A stretch of DNA of 64,000 bases from Phoronis australis (taxonomy: Eukaryota; Animalia; Phoronida), in NCBI GenBank assembly GCA_002633005.1, contig NMRA01000428.1, positions 232,036 through 296,035 of the forward strand. Reading direction: 5' to 3'. A program made the position numbers and the translations under genes. Of the stretch, positions 38,017 through 50,047 are shown in pieces. The notes under the pieces are model-generated. The model was given only the letters and a program-made list of their open reading frames with translations. It was not told the origin of the DNA and did no database searches. Positions within the stretch are counted from its first letter, which is position 1. The number at the start of each line of letters is the position of its first letter.

Positions 38017-39177
38017 GTAAGCTGACTTTCGTCAAACCCACTGTCGACGACTGTAGGCCACAGACACATAGATGTTTCACGTATGGCCTTCATACTTGCT
38101 ATTTACAGCGAACTTTTCATTCTTCACTTTCTAAGAATTTCGGACTCTCGAGGAAATCGAAAAAACGATATTCCCGCATTTCTTGCAACTGCATAGTTCG
38201 AAAAATCGAGAACGATACACCGCAACGTTTATCTGGGATAATGAACGTACCGTATTGTAACTAAAATTGACATAAAAAAGGTTGCCTTCTCCTTTAACCA
38301 CCTACTCAATTTCTGTTCTTAATTTCGTACTTGGTTTTTTGAAACAAGGCTCCCCGGCGCGTGCTTTCTATAATGTGTTGACCTATTTACTGGGAACTCG
38401 ACCTTCGACCTAGTTTTACTCGATTCACTGAAAACCCACTTGCAAACTTAAACGTTTAAGTGAAAATTAAGTTACTTAAGCGCTGCAAATTCTGTTGACA
38501 TTGGGAGTGAATGCTGAAATAGTGACCATGTTTAAGACATGCTTAGGTTATAGTGACCAAAAACATTATTGATTTTACTGAAATTTTGCAGCTAACATAT
38601 TTATTTATTAATCTCATCTTTTCATAATCCTTGAACTTCCCTCTTTCAGAACATATATACTTTCAGTGATTGACACAGTCTAGTTTATCTGGTAATTGAT
38701 TTTTAACTAAGGTTCTTCAATAATATCCTACATAAAAACAGACCTGTTGATTAACTAATCCCGATTTTGTCTCAGATTTTTGCATCGAAAGCAACGTGCC
38801 TGGAATGGACACTCAATAGCGACGATTTACTGCAGGTGGACAAAACTCACGTATTTAAATTTCTTATTTAACTCCATATTTATCTGAGACAGTGGCAAAA
38901 CCAACACCAACACGAGTGTAACTCTAGCGCTATGCTGTAGCTCTGTGAAGAAGAATGGTCAAGAATTTTGATGTGCTCCCGTAGAGTCTATGTCGCAGTC
39001 GCTGAACGGACCTTACGACTAAAATGTGGCATGAAACAGTATTAAACATTAACTCAACTGAGTTTCTTAAAGCTATATTGCGAATTTGTGGGTTGTGAAA
39101 ACACTGATTGTGCTTTCTTTTGCTGTTTGAGTCTCAATAATGTCTTTGATACACATCGAGAGTGAACTCTCCACATT

Positions 39178-40152
39178 ATGGAAAAAAGTATGGGCCTTTC
39201 CTGCAACCACACCAAGTCTCTATCGCCTTCCGGTTATGGCCGAGACAACACGTGTATTCTAACAGGGAGAGTTTTCTCCGTTTCGAGAGGTATATCTGTT
39301 TCTACGGAGGGTCAAATTTGTTGCATACTATTCTTCATAATGGATGTCGCTCACAAACGACTTGCTAGTAAGAACAGTGCCGAGTTAAAGGCTTCTACAC
39401 CCAATGCCAAGCCATTGAAGCAATCTACTCTAACACCTCTGACATCAAAGCCAATGGCCGGCTCTGGCACCGGGCCTCAGTCAGGATTCGGCATCAAGCA
39501 AGAAATAAAAGACGCGCTCCTAGACAGCGAAATTAAAGGTTTCTTCACGGAATTACTGCAATCGCTTGTTTCTGCTCAAAGTACTGCCATTCGTGAACTT
39601 TTAGAGGCCAAAGACCGTGAGATCGATGTTTTGAAAAATGAGACTGCCGCCATGAAGAGTCATTTTGAGCACAAAATCGAAAACCTTGAAGTTATGTTGG
39701 ATGAACAACAAGCCTATGGCCGTCGAAACAGTCTCATAATAAGTGGTTATGAAGAGATAAGAGGTGAGAACACGGATGACATTATACTTTCTCTTGCTAA
39801 GCGTATGAGCGCCGAGATTGATATCAGAGACATTAGTCGCAGCCATCGTCTTGGCGCACCCCCCGAGTCTTCTACCTCAGGTAAACCAAGACCTATCATT
39901 GTGAAGTTTGTCTCCTTCAAATCGAGAACCAAGTTCATTGTGAATCGAAAAGCATTGTACAAATCGGACAAGCCTTTGTTTGTGAACGAGAACTTAACCC
40001 CAAAAAGAGCGCAGGTTTTCAGGAAATGCCGCGATTTAGTCAAGCGAAAGTCTGTTCTGAGCTGCTGGACATTTGTGGGTAAAGTTTTTATTAAACGTCT
40101 TGACAACTCGGTAACCTGTGTCAAGGATCTGTCAGACTTGAGTGAGCTATAG
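39178..40152 (+). CDS. LINE ORF1 (coiled coil + RRM/CTD, transposase_22-like); possible true start 39340
   Basis: EQQAYGRRNSLIISG, SRSHRLG, PRPIIVKF, FVNENLT, WTFVGKVFIK motifs. Confidence 0.85.
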   Translation: MEKSMGLSCNHTKSLSPSGYGRDNTCILTGRVFSVSRGISVSTEGQICCILFFIMDVAHKRLASKNSAELKASTPNAKPLKQSTLTPLTSKPMAGSGTGPQSGFGIKQEIKDALLDSEIKGFFTELLQSLVSAQSTAIRELLEAKDREIDVLKNETAAMKSHFEHKIENLEVMLDEQQAYGRRNSLIISGYEEIRGENTDDIILSLAKRMSAEIDIRDISRSHRLGAPPESSTSGKPRPIIVKFVSFKSRTKFIVNRKALYKSDKPLFVNENLTPKRAQVFRKCRDLVKRKSVLSCWTFVGKVFIKRLDNSVTCVKDLSDLSEL

Positions 40153-40537
40153 TTTCTACTCTTGGATAGTTTGAATTCATTCTACTGTTAGGCCTAGTGG
40201 TCTCACATTTACAATACTCTGCCACGGGTGGTGAATTCTAGTGTTTCCTAGTCTTATCATGAGTTGCAGGGTTTCATGAACCTGCGTGAGTTTATTGTTA
40301 CATTGTTTCCTACTTTACATATTCTGCTTATAGAGCTGTCAATCACTGTCGCATTTCGCTTGTATTAGTTGTTTGAACTGGGTGTTTGATCTCCTGCTGG
40401 GTAAGCTCGGTCCACATGCACAGTTGGTTCTCTGACATCTTTCATTGGCCCGCCCACTCTGTTGTATTATGATTCTCTCCCGGGGAAAATTTCCATCCAC
40501 TGCTAGTGTCCCGTAGACACCTATCAGTGTTGTTGTT

Positions 40538-43500
40538 TTGCCATTTATCTTTATTTTCGTTGCAGTATACACTTTATTACACTACATGGATATGTTAAAT
40601 AACTTTGGTGGTATTAATGTCAATAGTTTTGTTCATTTGCTTGGTGATAAAAATGATGAGATTGGGTCTGGTGCACTCAAGTCCTCTCCCTATTATGATA
40701 GTGATTCATTCAGAGCTTTTGCTCTTAAACACAAAGATGACTTTTGTATGTTATCTTTAAACATACAAAGTATCCGAGCTAAGTTTGATGGCCTGTTCCT
40801 GTTTCTCCGTCAACTGTCCCAGTTGAATTTTCATTTTAGTGTAATTTGTTTGCAGGAAACTTGGCTTGATGATGATGCTGACCTCTCATTGTTTCAAATT
40901 GATAATTACTCTTGTGTTTCCCAGGGTAAGAAATGTTGTGGCCATGGTGGCCTTATTATTTACATCCACAATTCATTGGAGTATAAACCCTCCAAAATTA
41001 AAAGTGATTCTACAGTTTTTGAGTCACTATTTGTGACCTTAGTTGGGACCATTCATAGGAAAAATGTTATTGTTGGCAATATTTATAAACCTCCCAAAGA
41101 AAATGACAATTTAAACATACGCACATTTCTAGATGATTTTAATCCATTGGTTAATAAACTTGGGCAAACCAACTCTCATGTCATGTTGGCAGGTGATTTT
41201 AATATCAATATCTTAAAAGTGGATGAGAGGCCCTTGTTTGGAGAATTCTACAACACTGTGTCATTAAATGGTTTTACTCCAACCATTACCTTTCCCACTC
41301 GTTTCTCTGAGTTTTCTGCTTCACTTATTGACAACATTTTCTACAAATTTAATAGCCGTTCTAACATTGATCCAGTTTCCGGGATCTATTTTTCCAATAT
41401 CTCTGATCATCTACCTATTTTCTCTTGTTTTAAGAGAACATTAAAAAAGGCGAGAGCTCCCAAATTTGCTTACAGAAATGTCATTAATGATGATTGTTTG
41501 AAAAGGGTGTATGATGAATTTTCGTCATACAATGTACTTTCTCACATGGATACAAATTTGAATGGTGATCCCAATATGAATTACAATTTACTTCAGGACT
41601 CTGTTCTTGCTTGTTTAAATAAGTTCAATACAGTAAGAAAAGTAAGATTCAATAAATATAAGCACAAAAAGAATATTTGGATCTCCCAAGGTATTTTAAA
41701 CTCTCTTAGGTTTAGAGACAGGCTTTATAAACGACTCAAGTCAACCCCTCAAAGTGCTATTAATTATGTCTCATTAAAAACAAACCTAAAAACCTATAAC
41801 ATTATTCTAAAAAAAGTTTTGAAAAGGGCTAAGAGACTTTATTATCACAATCAGTTTCGGGCACATGCTGGTTCTCCCAAGGACACTTGGAAAGAAATTA
41901 ATAATTTACTGAATAGAAATGTCTTATCGAATAATCCTACTAGATTGAAGATAAATGATGAAATAGTTTGTGACGAGGGTGAGATTGTTAATCATTTTAA
42001 TAATTATTTTAGTAATATTGCCTCACACTCCCTACCTATTCATTCTTCAAGTATCTCACACATGTCTTTTTTAGATAGTGACTCCGCTGCTACATGCAGA
42101 TTTGATTTTGAACCAATCTCTCCAATTGATATTAGAAAAGTAATTAATTCTTTTCCAGCTAAACCTACCTGTGGTCATGATGGCATATCTATGAAAATAA
42201 TAAAATATCTAAATAATCTATTGATTGAACCATTGTGTGTTGTGTTTAACCAGTCCATTTTCAATCAAATTTTTCCAGACAACATGAAAATTGCCAAGGT
42301 TATTCCTGTATTTAAAAAAGGGGACCCGTTGTTTTTAGATAATTACAGGCCTATCTCTGTTCTTCCTTGCTTTTCTAAGATTTTTGAAAAACTTATTTAT
42401 AATCAACTTTACGAATATTTTCAATCTAATGGCTTGCTACATCCTGCCCAATATGGTTTTCGTGGGGGGCACTCAACAGAACTGGCTTTAGTTGAAATTA
42501 TGGATAGAATTGTCAAGGCTATGGAAAATAATAAATTACCCCTGGCCATTCTAATTGATCTTTCCAAAGCTTTTGACTCTTTAAGTCATTCAATTTTGCT
42601 TGACAAACTTTTATATTATGGTTGTAACCCCTTGTCTTTAAGTTTCTTGAGAAACTATTTCTCTAATCGGGCTCAGTATGTTCAAATTAACAACACAAAA
42701 TCTAACACAGTTCCAATTCTACGAGGTGTCCCACAGGGGTCTATATTGGGTCCGTTATTATTCATCATTTATATGAATGATTTTGTGAAGTGCACAAGTT
42801 TCTTTGACTGCATACTCTATGCTGATGATACTACTATTATTAATAGTATTCATAGCACATTGTCTGTTAATGAGTCACGCATGTTTTGTGCGGAGCTGGA
42901 GAAAATTCAGTCTTGGTTAAACGTAAATGGACTGGTTTTAAATGCAACTAAAACAAAATTCATGGTTTTTCATAAACCCCCAAAACGTATTGATGATTTT
43001 TATTTAAAGTTTAATAATTTGGAAATTGAAAGAGTTCGTTCTTTCAATTTACTTGGTGTTACCATCAACGAAAACTTGTTATGGAGTCCACACATAAACA
43101 ATTTGTTGAGAAAGATAAGCAGATTCTGTGGTGTTCTTAATAACATAAAACATTTCTTGCCCTTTGAAACTTTGAAAACTATATATAATGGCCTTGTCCT
43201 TCCTCATTTTAATTATGGCATTCTGCTATGGGGGTGTGAACATCACAGAATATTTAAATTACAGAAAAAGGTTATTCGCAATATTACCTCTAGTCATTTT
43301 AATGCCCATACAGATCCTTTATTTAAGACTACACAGTTACTCAAAATAAAGGACTTGTATGTTGTTGCTATTATTAAATTTTTCTACAAATATGTTCATA
43401 ATTACTTACCTTTATTTTTTAACACGTTCAATTTAATTACTCGTGGGTCTGTTCATGAACATTACACTAGGCAACGACATCTTTTACATACTCCCCGTTG

Positions 43501-43696
43501 TACTAAATCATTTGTTGAAGATTCAGTTCGAAATGCCCTACCTCATATCATTAATAACCTTCCTGAAAGTGTCTACCAAAAACTTTTTACCCATTCGTTA
43601 TCCTCTGTTATAAATTATTTTAAGAATGTTTGTTTTGAAAATTATGAACTTGAGTGCACTATTCCCAACTGCTTTGTATGTAACTATTTTCGATAA
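40538..43696 (+). CDS. LINE ORF2: APE endonuclease + reverse transcriptase (first ATG 40586)
   Basis: SLNIQS, CLQETWL, GDFNIN, IDNIF, SDHLP; RT YRPIS, DLSKAFD, GVPQGSILGPLLF, YADD; C-terminal C..PNCFVC. Confidence 0.95.
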   Translation: MPFIFIFVAVYTLLHYMDMLNNFGGINVNSFVHLLGDKNDEIGSGALKSSPYYDSDSFRAFALKHKDDFCMLSLNIQSIRAKFDGLFLFLRQLSQLNFHFSVICLQETWLDDDADLSLFQIDNYSCVSQGKKCCGHGGLIIYIHNSLEYKPSKIKSDSTVFESLFVTLVGTIHRKNVIVGNIYKPPKENDNLNIRTFLDDFNPLVNKLGQTNSHVMLAGDFNINILKVDERPLFGEFYNTVSLNGFTPTITFPTRFSEFSASLIDNIFYKFNSRSNIDPVSGIYFSNISDHLPIFSCFKRTLKKARAPKFAYRNVINDDCLKRVYDEFSSYNVLSHMDTNLNGDPNMNYNLLQDSVLACLNKFNTVRKVRFNKYKHKKNIWISQGILNSLRFRDRLYKRLKSTPQSAINYVSLKTNLKTYNIILKKVLKRAKRLYYHNQFRAHAGSPKDTWKEINNLLNRNVLSNNPTRLKINDEIVCDEGEIVNHFNNYFSNIASHSLPIHSSSISHMSFLDSDSAATCRFDFEPISPIDIRKVINSFPAKPTCGHDGISMKIIKYLNNLLIEPLCVVFNQSIFNQIFPDNMKIAKVIPVFKKGDPLFLDNYRPISVLPCFSKIFEKLIYNQLYEYFQSNGLLHPAQYGFRGGHSTELALVEIMDRIVKAMENNKLPLAILIDLSKAFDSLSHSILLDKLLYYGCNPLSLSFLRNYFSNRAQYVQINNTKSNTVPILRGVPQGSILGPLLFIIYMNDFVKCTSFFDCILYADDTTIINSIHSTLSVNESRMFCAELEKIQSWLNVNGLVLNATKTKFMVFHKPPKRIDDFYLKFNNLEIERVRSFNLLGVTINENLLWSPHINNLLRKISRFCGVLNNIKHFLPFETLKTIYNGLVLPHFNYGILLWGCEHHRIFKLQKKVIRNITSSHFNAHTDPLFKTTQLLKIKDLYVVAIIKFFYKYVHNYLPLFFNTFNLITRGSVHEHYTRQRHLLHTPRCTKSFVEDSVRNALPHIINNLPESVYQKLFTHSLSSVINYFKNVCFENYELECTIPNCFVCNYFR

Positions 43697-44269
43697 TCTC
43701 TCCCAGTCTTTACACAAGTAGTTTTAAAGTACATCATCACCTAATTTTTATAGTTCTGCTTATCTGTAACGCTGTATTTTTTCTTTCTTATTCTCTGGTG
43801 GCTCCGTGGTCAGCGGACCTCTCGGGTCCTTCACGGAGTCTCCATAAGCGTAAATTTGTATCAACTGTATTTTTTGGTTTTTGACTTAAAGTGAATAAAG
43901 TGTATTACTACTACTACTACTACTCTAATTACTTTGACTCAACCAAGGGCTCAGCTTGTAATTGTATTAGAAAATCTCATTAGTCAAAGAAGAGTTTACA
44001 ATGGAAATAAATTGACACAAAACAACAGTTAACTGTGTGAGTAAAGAACGACACAAATACGCAGTATATTTAGGAAACTTGGTTGAGTAACTATTCTGGA
44101 CTGTTTCATACAAACGGGCGCAGGTTCCATACTCCTACCCATGTAAAGGTCAAATGATACAAATTATGGCCAGTAAGAAGTAAAGCATGTCCCCTATAGT
44201 ATGTAACATCTGCAAGAATGAAGAATCCAGGTAATTCAATAGAATAACGGACCCGTACGTATGACGTAT

Positions 44270-46090
44270 GATAGCATTCCTATACATGATGGCAGGAAGT
44301 GTCCTTCAGAGTATCAGCATTCATATACATGACGACAGGATGCGTCATTCAGTGGAGCAGCATTCATATACATGAAGGCAGGACGTGTCCTTCAGGGTAG
44401 CAGCATTCTTATACATGAAGACAGGATGTGTCATTAAGTACAGCAGCATTCATATGCATGAAGGCAGGACGTGTCCTTCAGGGTAGCAGCATTCATATAC
44501 ATGAATGCAGGGCGTGCCATTCAGCGGGCAGCATGCATGTACATGAAGGCAGGACGTATCATTCAGTGGAGCAGCATTCATATACATGAAGGCAGGACGT
44601 GTCATTCAGTAGGCAGCATTCTTATACATGAAGGCAGGAGGGGTCATTTAGTGTACAGTAGCAGCATTCATATACCTAAAGGCAGGAGGTGTCATTCAGT
44701 GGAGCATCATTCATATGTAACCAAATATAAACATTTAGGAATAATTTTAAATGAACATTTGGAGTTTTCTGAATCTGCTAAAGCTCTGTCCGAATCTGCC
44801 GGAAGAGCTTTAGGCGCTTTAATTAATACATTTAAAAAGAATAAAAATATGAGGTACAGAACATTCACTACATTATTCAATGCTTGTGTTGTGCCTGTTA
44901 GAGATTATTGCGTAGGTGTCTGGGGCGGCTCTAGTCTACAGGATTATGATGTCATTCAGAATAGGGCCGCGCGATTTTTCTTGGGCGTTCACAAATTCGC
45001 TCCTAATCATGCTGTTATTGGTGACATGGGGTGGGAATTCCCCAGTGTTAGGCGGAAAATTGAGCTTTTGAGAATGTGGAGTCGTATTATTAATTTCGAT
45101 AATGATAGACTAACATACCGAATATTTTGGTGGGACTACACTACTTGTACTAATAATTAGTCTTCTGAAGTTTTGAGCATTTTTGAAGAATTGGGGATAT
45201 CGGATTGTTTTCATAACTTACGTTCAGTTAATCTGTCTCACTGCAAGAGTATTTTGCATGATTTAGCCTGTAATAGGTGGTGGTTTGAAAGCCGTTTGAA
45301 GCCAAAGTTATGACCCTATGTTTGATGAAGAATGTCTTTGAAGTTGAGCCTTACCTGCTTTTAGACTTAACTCGGCCTAGTAGGTCAATTCTTGCTCAAA
45401 TTAGAACCGGAACCCTACAGCTATTGGTTGAGGTTGGACGTTTTTGTTCTCTAGAATTTGATGACAGAATTTGCTGTCTTTGTCACACTGGTCAGGTTGA
45501 AACTGAACTACATTTTCTGTTTGAGTGTCTGCTTTTCTTTAATGCCAGAAACATCTTTTTCTGTCAAGTTCAGATTAAATATCCACTATTCCATGCAGAA
45601 AGCTGTGAAAGCAAACTAATTACAATCATGCAAAAAGATGTTAATAGAAAAACTTCAGTTTTCAACAAAAATATTTTTAAAGTAAGGAAAAATTATGTTT
45701 ATTTATGATCACTTTTATATCGGCCTTCTCTTTTTGGTCCTCTTGCAATGCGCGTACACTTGTTTTTTTTTCTGTTTTGTATCATGTATCTAAAGTGACT
45801 TATAAGCCCCGTGGAGGGCTGGGTGTTCCTAGTCTTTGTAACATATTCATTATTTAAATTCATTTGAACACATGTCACTATAATAAAAAAATTACTTACT
45901 TACTTTTACATATACATGTACATGTACATGAAGGCAGTACGTGTCATTCAGTGGGCAGCATTCATATACATGAAGGCAAGACATGTCATTCAGGGTAGCA
46001 GCATTCATATACATGAAGGCAGGACGTGTCATTCAGTGGAACAGCATTCATATACATGAAGGCAGGACGTGTCGTTCAAGGGGGCAGCAT
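44270..46090. repeat. 42-43-bp minisatellite (CAGCATTCATATACATGAAGGCAGGACGTGTCATTCAGGGTAG) split by a LINE insertion
   Basis: Units at 44270-44715 and 45905-46090. Confidence 0.9.
44712..45905 (+). mobile_element. 5'-truncated RTEX/L2-type LINE fragment with a (CTTA)n tail
   Basis: YKHLGI..NEHL, RFFLGVHKFAPN.AVIGDMGW, LLVEVGR...RICCLC...ETELHFLFEC; in-frame stops; tail AATAAA...TTACTTACTTACT. Confidence 0.8.
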
Positions 46091-46134
46091 TCTCAACAAC
46101 CACAACGCATTTACTAACGAGCAAACGGGTAAGC

Positions 46135-46443
46135 TAAAACAAGAATCAAGAGGTGTGCCCGAACAAAGCGGAGCCTCACATCTTGCACTTACAAGATTCC
46201 AGACATTTCTGCCGTTATGTTTCATAAAAGTGATGGCGTTATGTCGATCAAAATGACTTCAAATGCTCATACATGTATCTCTCCATGCATCATGCGGAAA
46301 CATTGAGCGCTCAGAGGCAATGGAAATTTTCTAAAGCTTATTTTGAATTTGTTGTACTGTTCTGACAAATGCTCTCCTCAGACACAATTTCCCTGCCGTG
46401 GGGGTGTGAAAGAGAGGCCGACGGCCGTCAGGCCCTCTCTAGT
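46135..46443 (+). mobile_element. Short Helitron/Helentron-like non-autonomous element
   Basis: Begins AAACAAGA; ends with hairpin AGAGAGGCC-GACGGCCGTC-AGGCCCTCTCT followed by CTAG and TT. Confidence 0.4.
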
Positions 46444-48299
46444 TAGACCTTTTGGGAGGAGAGTGTTCAAAAACCCTTTTGGGGGCGCAATGCAGCGCTT
46501 TTGGAGCGAGCCAAATTTCCGTTCGATACAGCTTTTGAATGCAAGGTGTGCAGTACTCCAATTGGCCTCCTAGCTAATGAACACCACAACGCCACTGTTT
46601 ACTTGTTCATATGTGAGACGTTACTGACTAAACGCTTTATAAAGGACGCTTTCAACATTTTGCTTGTTTGAAAGATTTGACACAACTAAAGTTTCGTTGA
46701 AGGTTAAGGTAGTGAACTTAATGATACTTTTTGACGTGGAACATGTGTGGTCATGAGGTTTGACGAAGAAGACTGCATTTGTGTTACAAATCTTTTTGCT
46801 TTTAATTGTTACGATATCAGATTCTTTAATTATAAATAGATACCATGTGAGGCCAACAGTAGCCGAGAAATAACTCAATTATGCACTCGCTGCTCGTTAA
46901 GTTTCCAAATGCAAACTATTTGAGGAACATGTTTGCAATAAGTTCGCGAAAAAGGTCTGCTTTGTGAGACACATAGAAATTATGTTACCATGTATACACA
47001 CGAACAAATGCATCTGTGCAGTCTAGGAGCGTACTTTAATATGCACTTCGGTTTGAAACTTAAAAGTAACTAGTAACCGGTTCACATGAGGGCTAAAACA
47101 ATAACACTTTCACTGCAGCAAAACTTCAGTTAAGTGAACGGTCGCAAGGGTCACTTTTTATGACGCTTTACTGGAGTTTTGTGTTACCCCTAAAACTATT
47201 AGCATTTTTCTACCCCTGACCGCTTTGTTTAAAGGACACACATGCGCAAGAGTAACACGCCTTTTTTCAGTCGTGTCTTCGATCGTTTTTACCGGAGAGT
47301 AAATGTTTTATATTCCCGGATGAGTTGTTTCTAAGTTTGTGACAATCTTTTGAAATATTTGAATGGTTCAGTGTTTTAACTTGTATGTTTCACAAACTCA
47401 AAACTCAAAAAACTTATTCTGAAACAACTCTTAACTGGTTATTCAGTACTTTCACAGTCCTGTGGCTTAATCGGCTTGCGTACTGTACTTGGCGTACATA
47501 CGACGTCATATAACAACAAGCCAGAGCACACGGCAACAAGGTTTTGCAGTGATGATGCAAATAAGTCCATATATATATATGTGTGTGATAAATAGGTTAT
47601 CCTACATACATAGAAATACTACTGAGATATTCCATCTCGAATTCATTTCATCTGGGGATGCCCTAACTGGCCGTTCGGTCTCATCGGGACCCTCCCAGAT
47701 GAAATGACTTGTGGATTTGTTATGACAGTAGTATTAACACGTATGTGGGATAACCTAAATATATTGTTAAAGATTCAAAGAATTTTAGACTCCTTGTTGC
47801 AACATAGTGTAACAGATAAGGATTGTAATCACTCAATCAATGATGTTAGGACAAATATCTGAAGGACGAATTTCATCAGAAACTTCAATTTTATTGACTA
47901 CAATACATATGTGCATAAACAGAAACCAATCGTGTGGTTATAATGGGGTAAACTTCAGTAGCTTTTTGCAGATAGAAAAATTTTGCCAACACCACGTATT
48001 CTCTTATGAAATACTCAGCAACATCTCGCATAATCTCTCGAAGTCTTGCTTTTCTATTGAGGTCCTTATGTTACTGAAGTTTACCCGTGTCGTTACAAGA
48101 CACACGCAGACACAATCAGCCTGGCACACAACAGTGCTCCTAAGAATTTTAAGCCATGTAACGGAACTCTCTAGGGTGGTGCAACTTGAGCCTTACCATC
48201 AACAAAACTAACATCATAGGACGCTTTACCACTAGGTATTCTGAGGATATAGGCCATTTTATCCTTTCTTCGATGCATCACCCTACTCATGCACGGAGT

Positions 48300-49305
48300 T
48301 CAATTTCCAGACACAGGTCTCTAGCAAGCTCTGCTAGAATAACATTTGTGTACTTCAAATAGATTCAAACCTTTAAAACTATCAATCCATTTTAGGAAGC
48401 TACTAAGCGAATCCTCATGTAAACTATTATACCAATCAATACCCAATATCCAATAAATTTGAATACAAGTTTGGCGAACATTGTTCACGTTCCCACAGAG
48501 GATCTAATAACCGTGGAATGACACAAAGTTGACACTATGCTTAAAGATGAAACGATATGAGCACGTACTCGACTGCATCGTTAAAACTTTAGTGGAGTCC
48601 CTTTGATTCAAAAATCTAGAACTGACTTGTCTTTAATTGATGTCTTGTTAGTGTTCCACTTTCTAAGTGACATGTCAGCCTGAGCCATAATACACTTACC
48701 TTCAGTATACACCTGAACGGCTTCCGACTCGCTAGCGCCACCCAGTGACAAACCTTTAACACCCAAGAAAATTTTAACAATTCATTAACAAGCGGAGATG
48801 CCTCCAGTGAATTTAAATGATGTTTTGATGGCAGAAGTCAACAAGAATGTTCCTTCAGTAAGTAACACGCTTCATAGTTTGTGCTATTCAGCGATAGGCT
48901 TTCTAGAGCGCGTTTTGCTTCGACTACAAGTAGGAACTGCAGACATGCCAGCTTCGTGATTACCTGTAAATCTGGATCGTGTACATGTAGATGTAATTGT
49001 CCGAAAATGTCTGCCACTGAATTACATTTCTTGAAGCTCAATTTCTGGCGGCTTTGCTACTATGGCTCTTGGCGAAGCCGAAAACGCACATGTAATCACA
49101 ACAGATTTTTGCTGCAGCATTTTGACAGCATAACTATTTACATTGTCAGCTTTTTTCTCGAACGTCCCTTGCTTTCTTAGTGTCCGACAATAAATCGGTA
49201 TTCCTTATTAGGATACCAGCCTAAAGTTGACTTTCGTTATAATTTTTTATACAATACTAGCCAAAAGTTCTGACACAAAATGATGCGGAAATCACCATTG
49301 CACCA
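48300..49305 (-). mobile_element. BEL/Pao LTR retrotransposon gag relic
   Basis: DUF1759-like DLQVITKL..LQ.LL..EAKRALESLSLNSTNYEAC.LLKE; PBS-like TGGTGCAATGGTGA at ~49304-49291. Confidence 0.6.
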
Positions 49306-49345
49306 GGTGGAAGAAGTCGAAATTATCGTCAGAGTAGTCTCCCCT

Positions 49346-50047
49346 TGTCACGTTTTTCCCCGTGTGTGGATGGGCGCAGGTTGTTACAGACCGGTGGTAA
49401 TAGCTTTCGGTGCGATGATTGACTGAAGACTGGTTCGAGTTAATCCTTTATTTATCCCGACCGTGCGTTCCCAAGCCTTTAAACAAAACGTTCGACGTAT
49501 TGTCTGTTTATGCTCCAGCCAGTGCTGCGAAGCCTCGACTTGTATTGAACTTCTGAGATATTTCCAGCAACTGTTACACTCGTCGATTCAATAACCTGCT
49601 GTCTCTATAGCTGGCTCTCTATTGACTATCGCTGTAACTGCTGATTCTCTTCACTGCAACACAACTGTAGTTCTCCTGATTAAACTTTCTTCAACTGGCT
49701 TGATCTTCTTGTGAACGTACTTGATCTCACTTGATCTCCCGACTTGATCTGACTAACACAAACCCGTGCGTGTGTGTTTATAGCATAATGCATTGTTCTG
49801 GAACTTTTCATCAATTTAAGCACATTCTAGAACTTTCGTGAATCTACCCGACCATTCTACAAACATGTACTAGTCTCTAGAATATTCCAGACTGCATTAA
49901 TCATTGTCATGCTACAGTCTTCTAGAAAGTTCCTCACTATACTGCAGTAAACAAATTACATCATCACTGTACTTAACTCAGGGGTCATGCCAATCAAACA
50001 AAATAACAAAATAATACAACTAAAAATACTGTCGGACTATTCTGACA
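49346..50047 (-). mobile_element. Solo LTR (702 bp) with a 5-bp TSD
   Basis: TGTCA...TGACA termini; CCCCT on both sides (49341-45, 50048-52); TATAAA and AATAAA on the minus strand. Confidence 0.75.

Larger units (their letters stand above)
39000..43924 (+). mobile_element. Full-length CR1/L2-group LINE (Crack-like), both ORFs intact
   Basis: ORF1 + ORF2, 3' UTR hairpin at ~43800-43840, AATAAA and a (TAC)n tail at 43894-43924; 5' boundary approximate. Confidence 0.9.

Noticed and set aside
44270-46090. CRISPR-like regular repeats (also the 21-, 36-, 60- and 63-bp repeats)
   Set aside because: Units are contiguous with no unique spacers, there are no cas genes, and the context is eukaryotic; these are minisatellites
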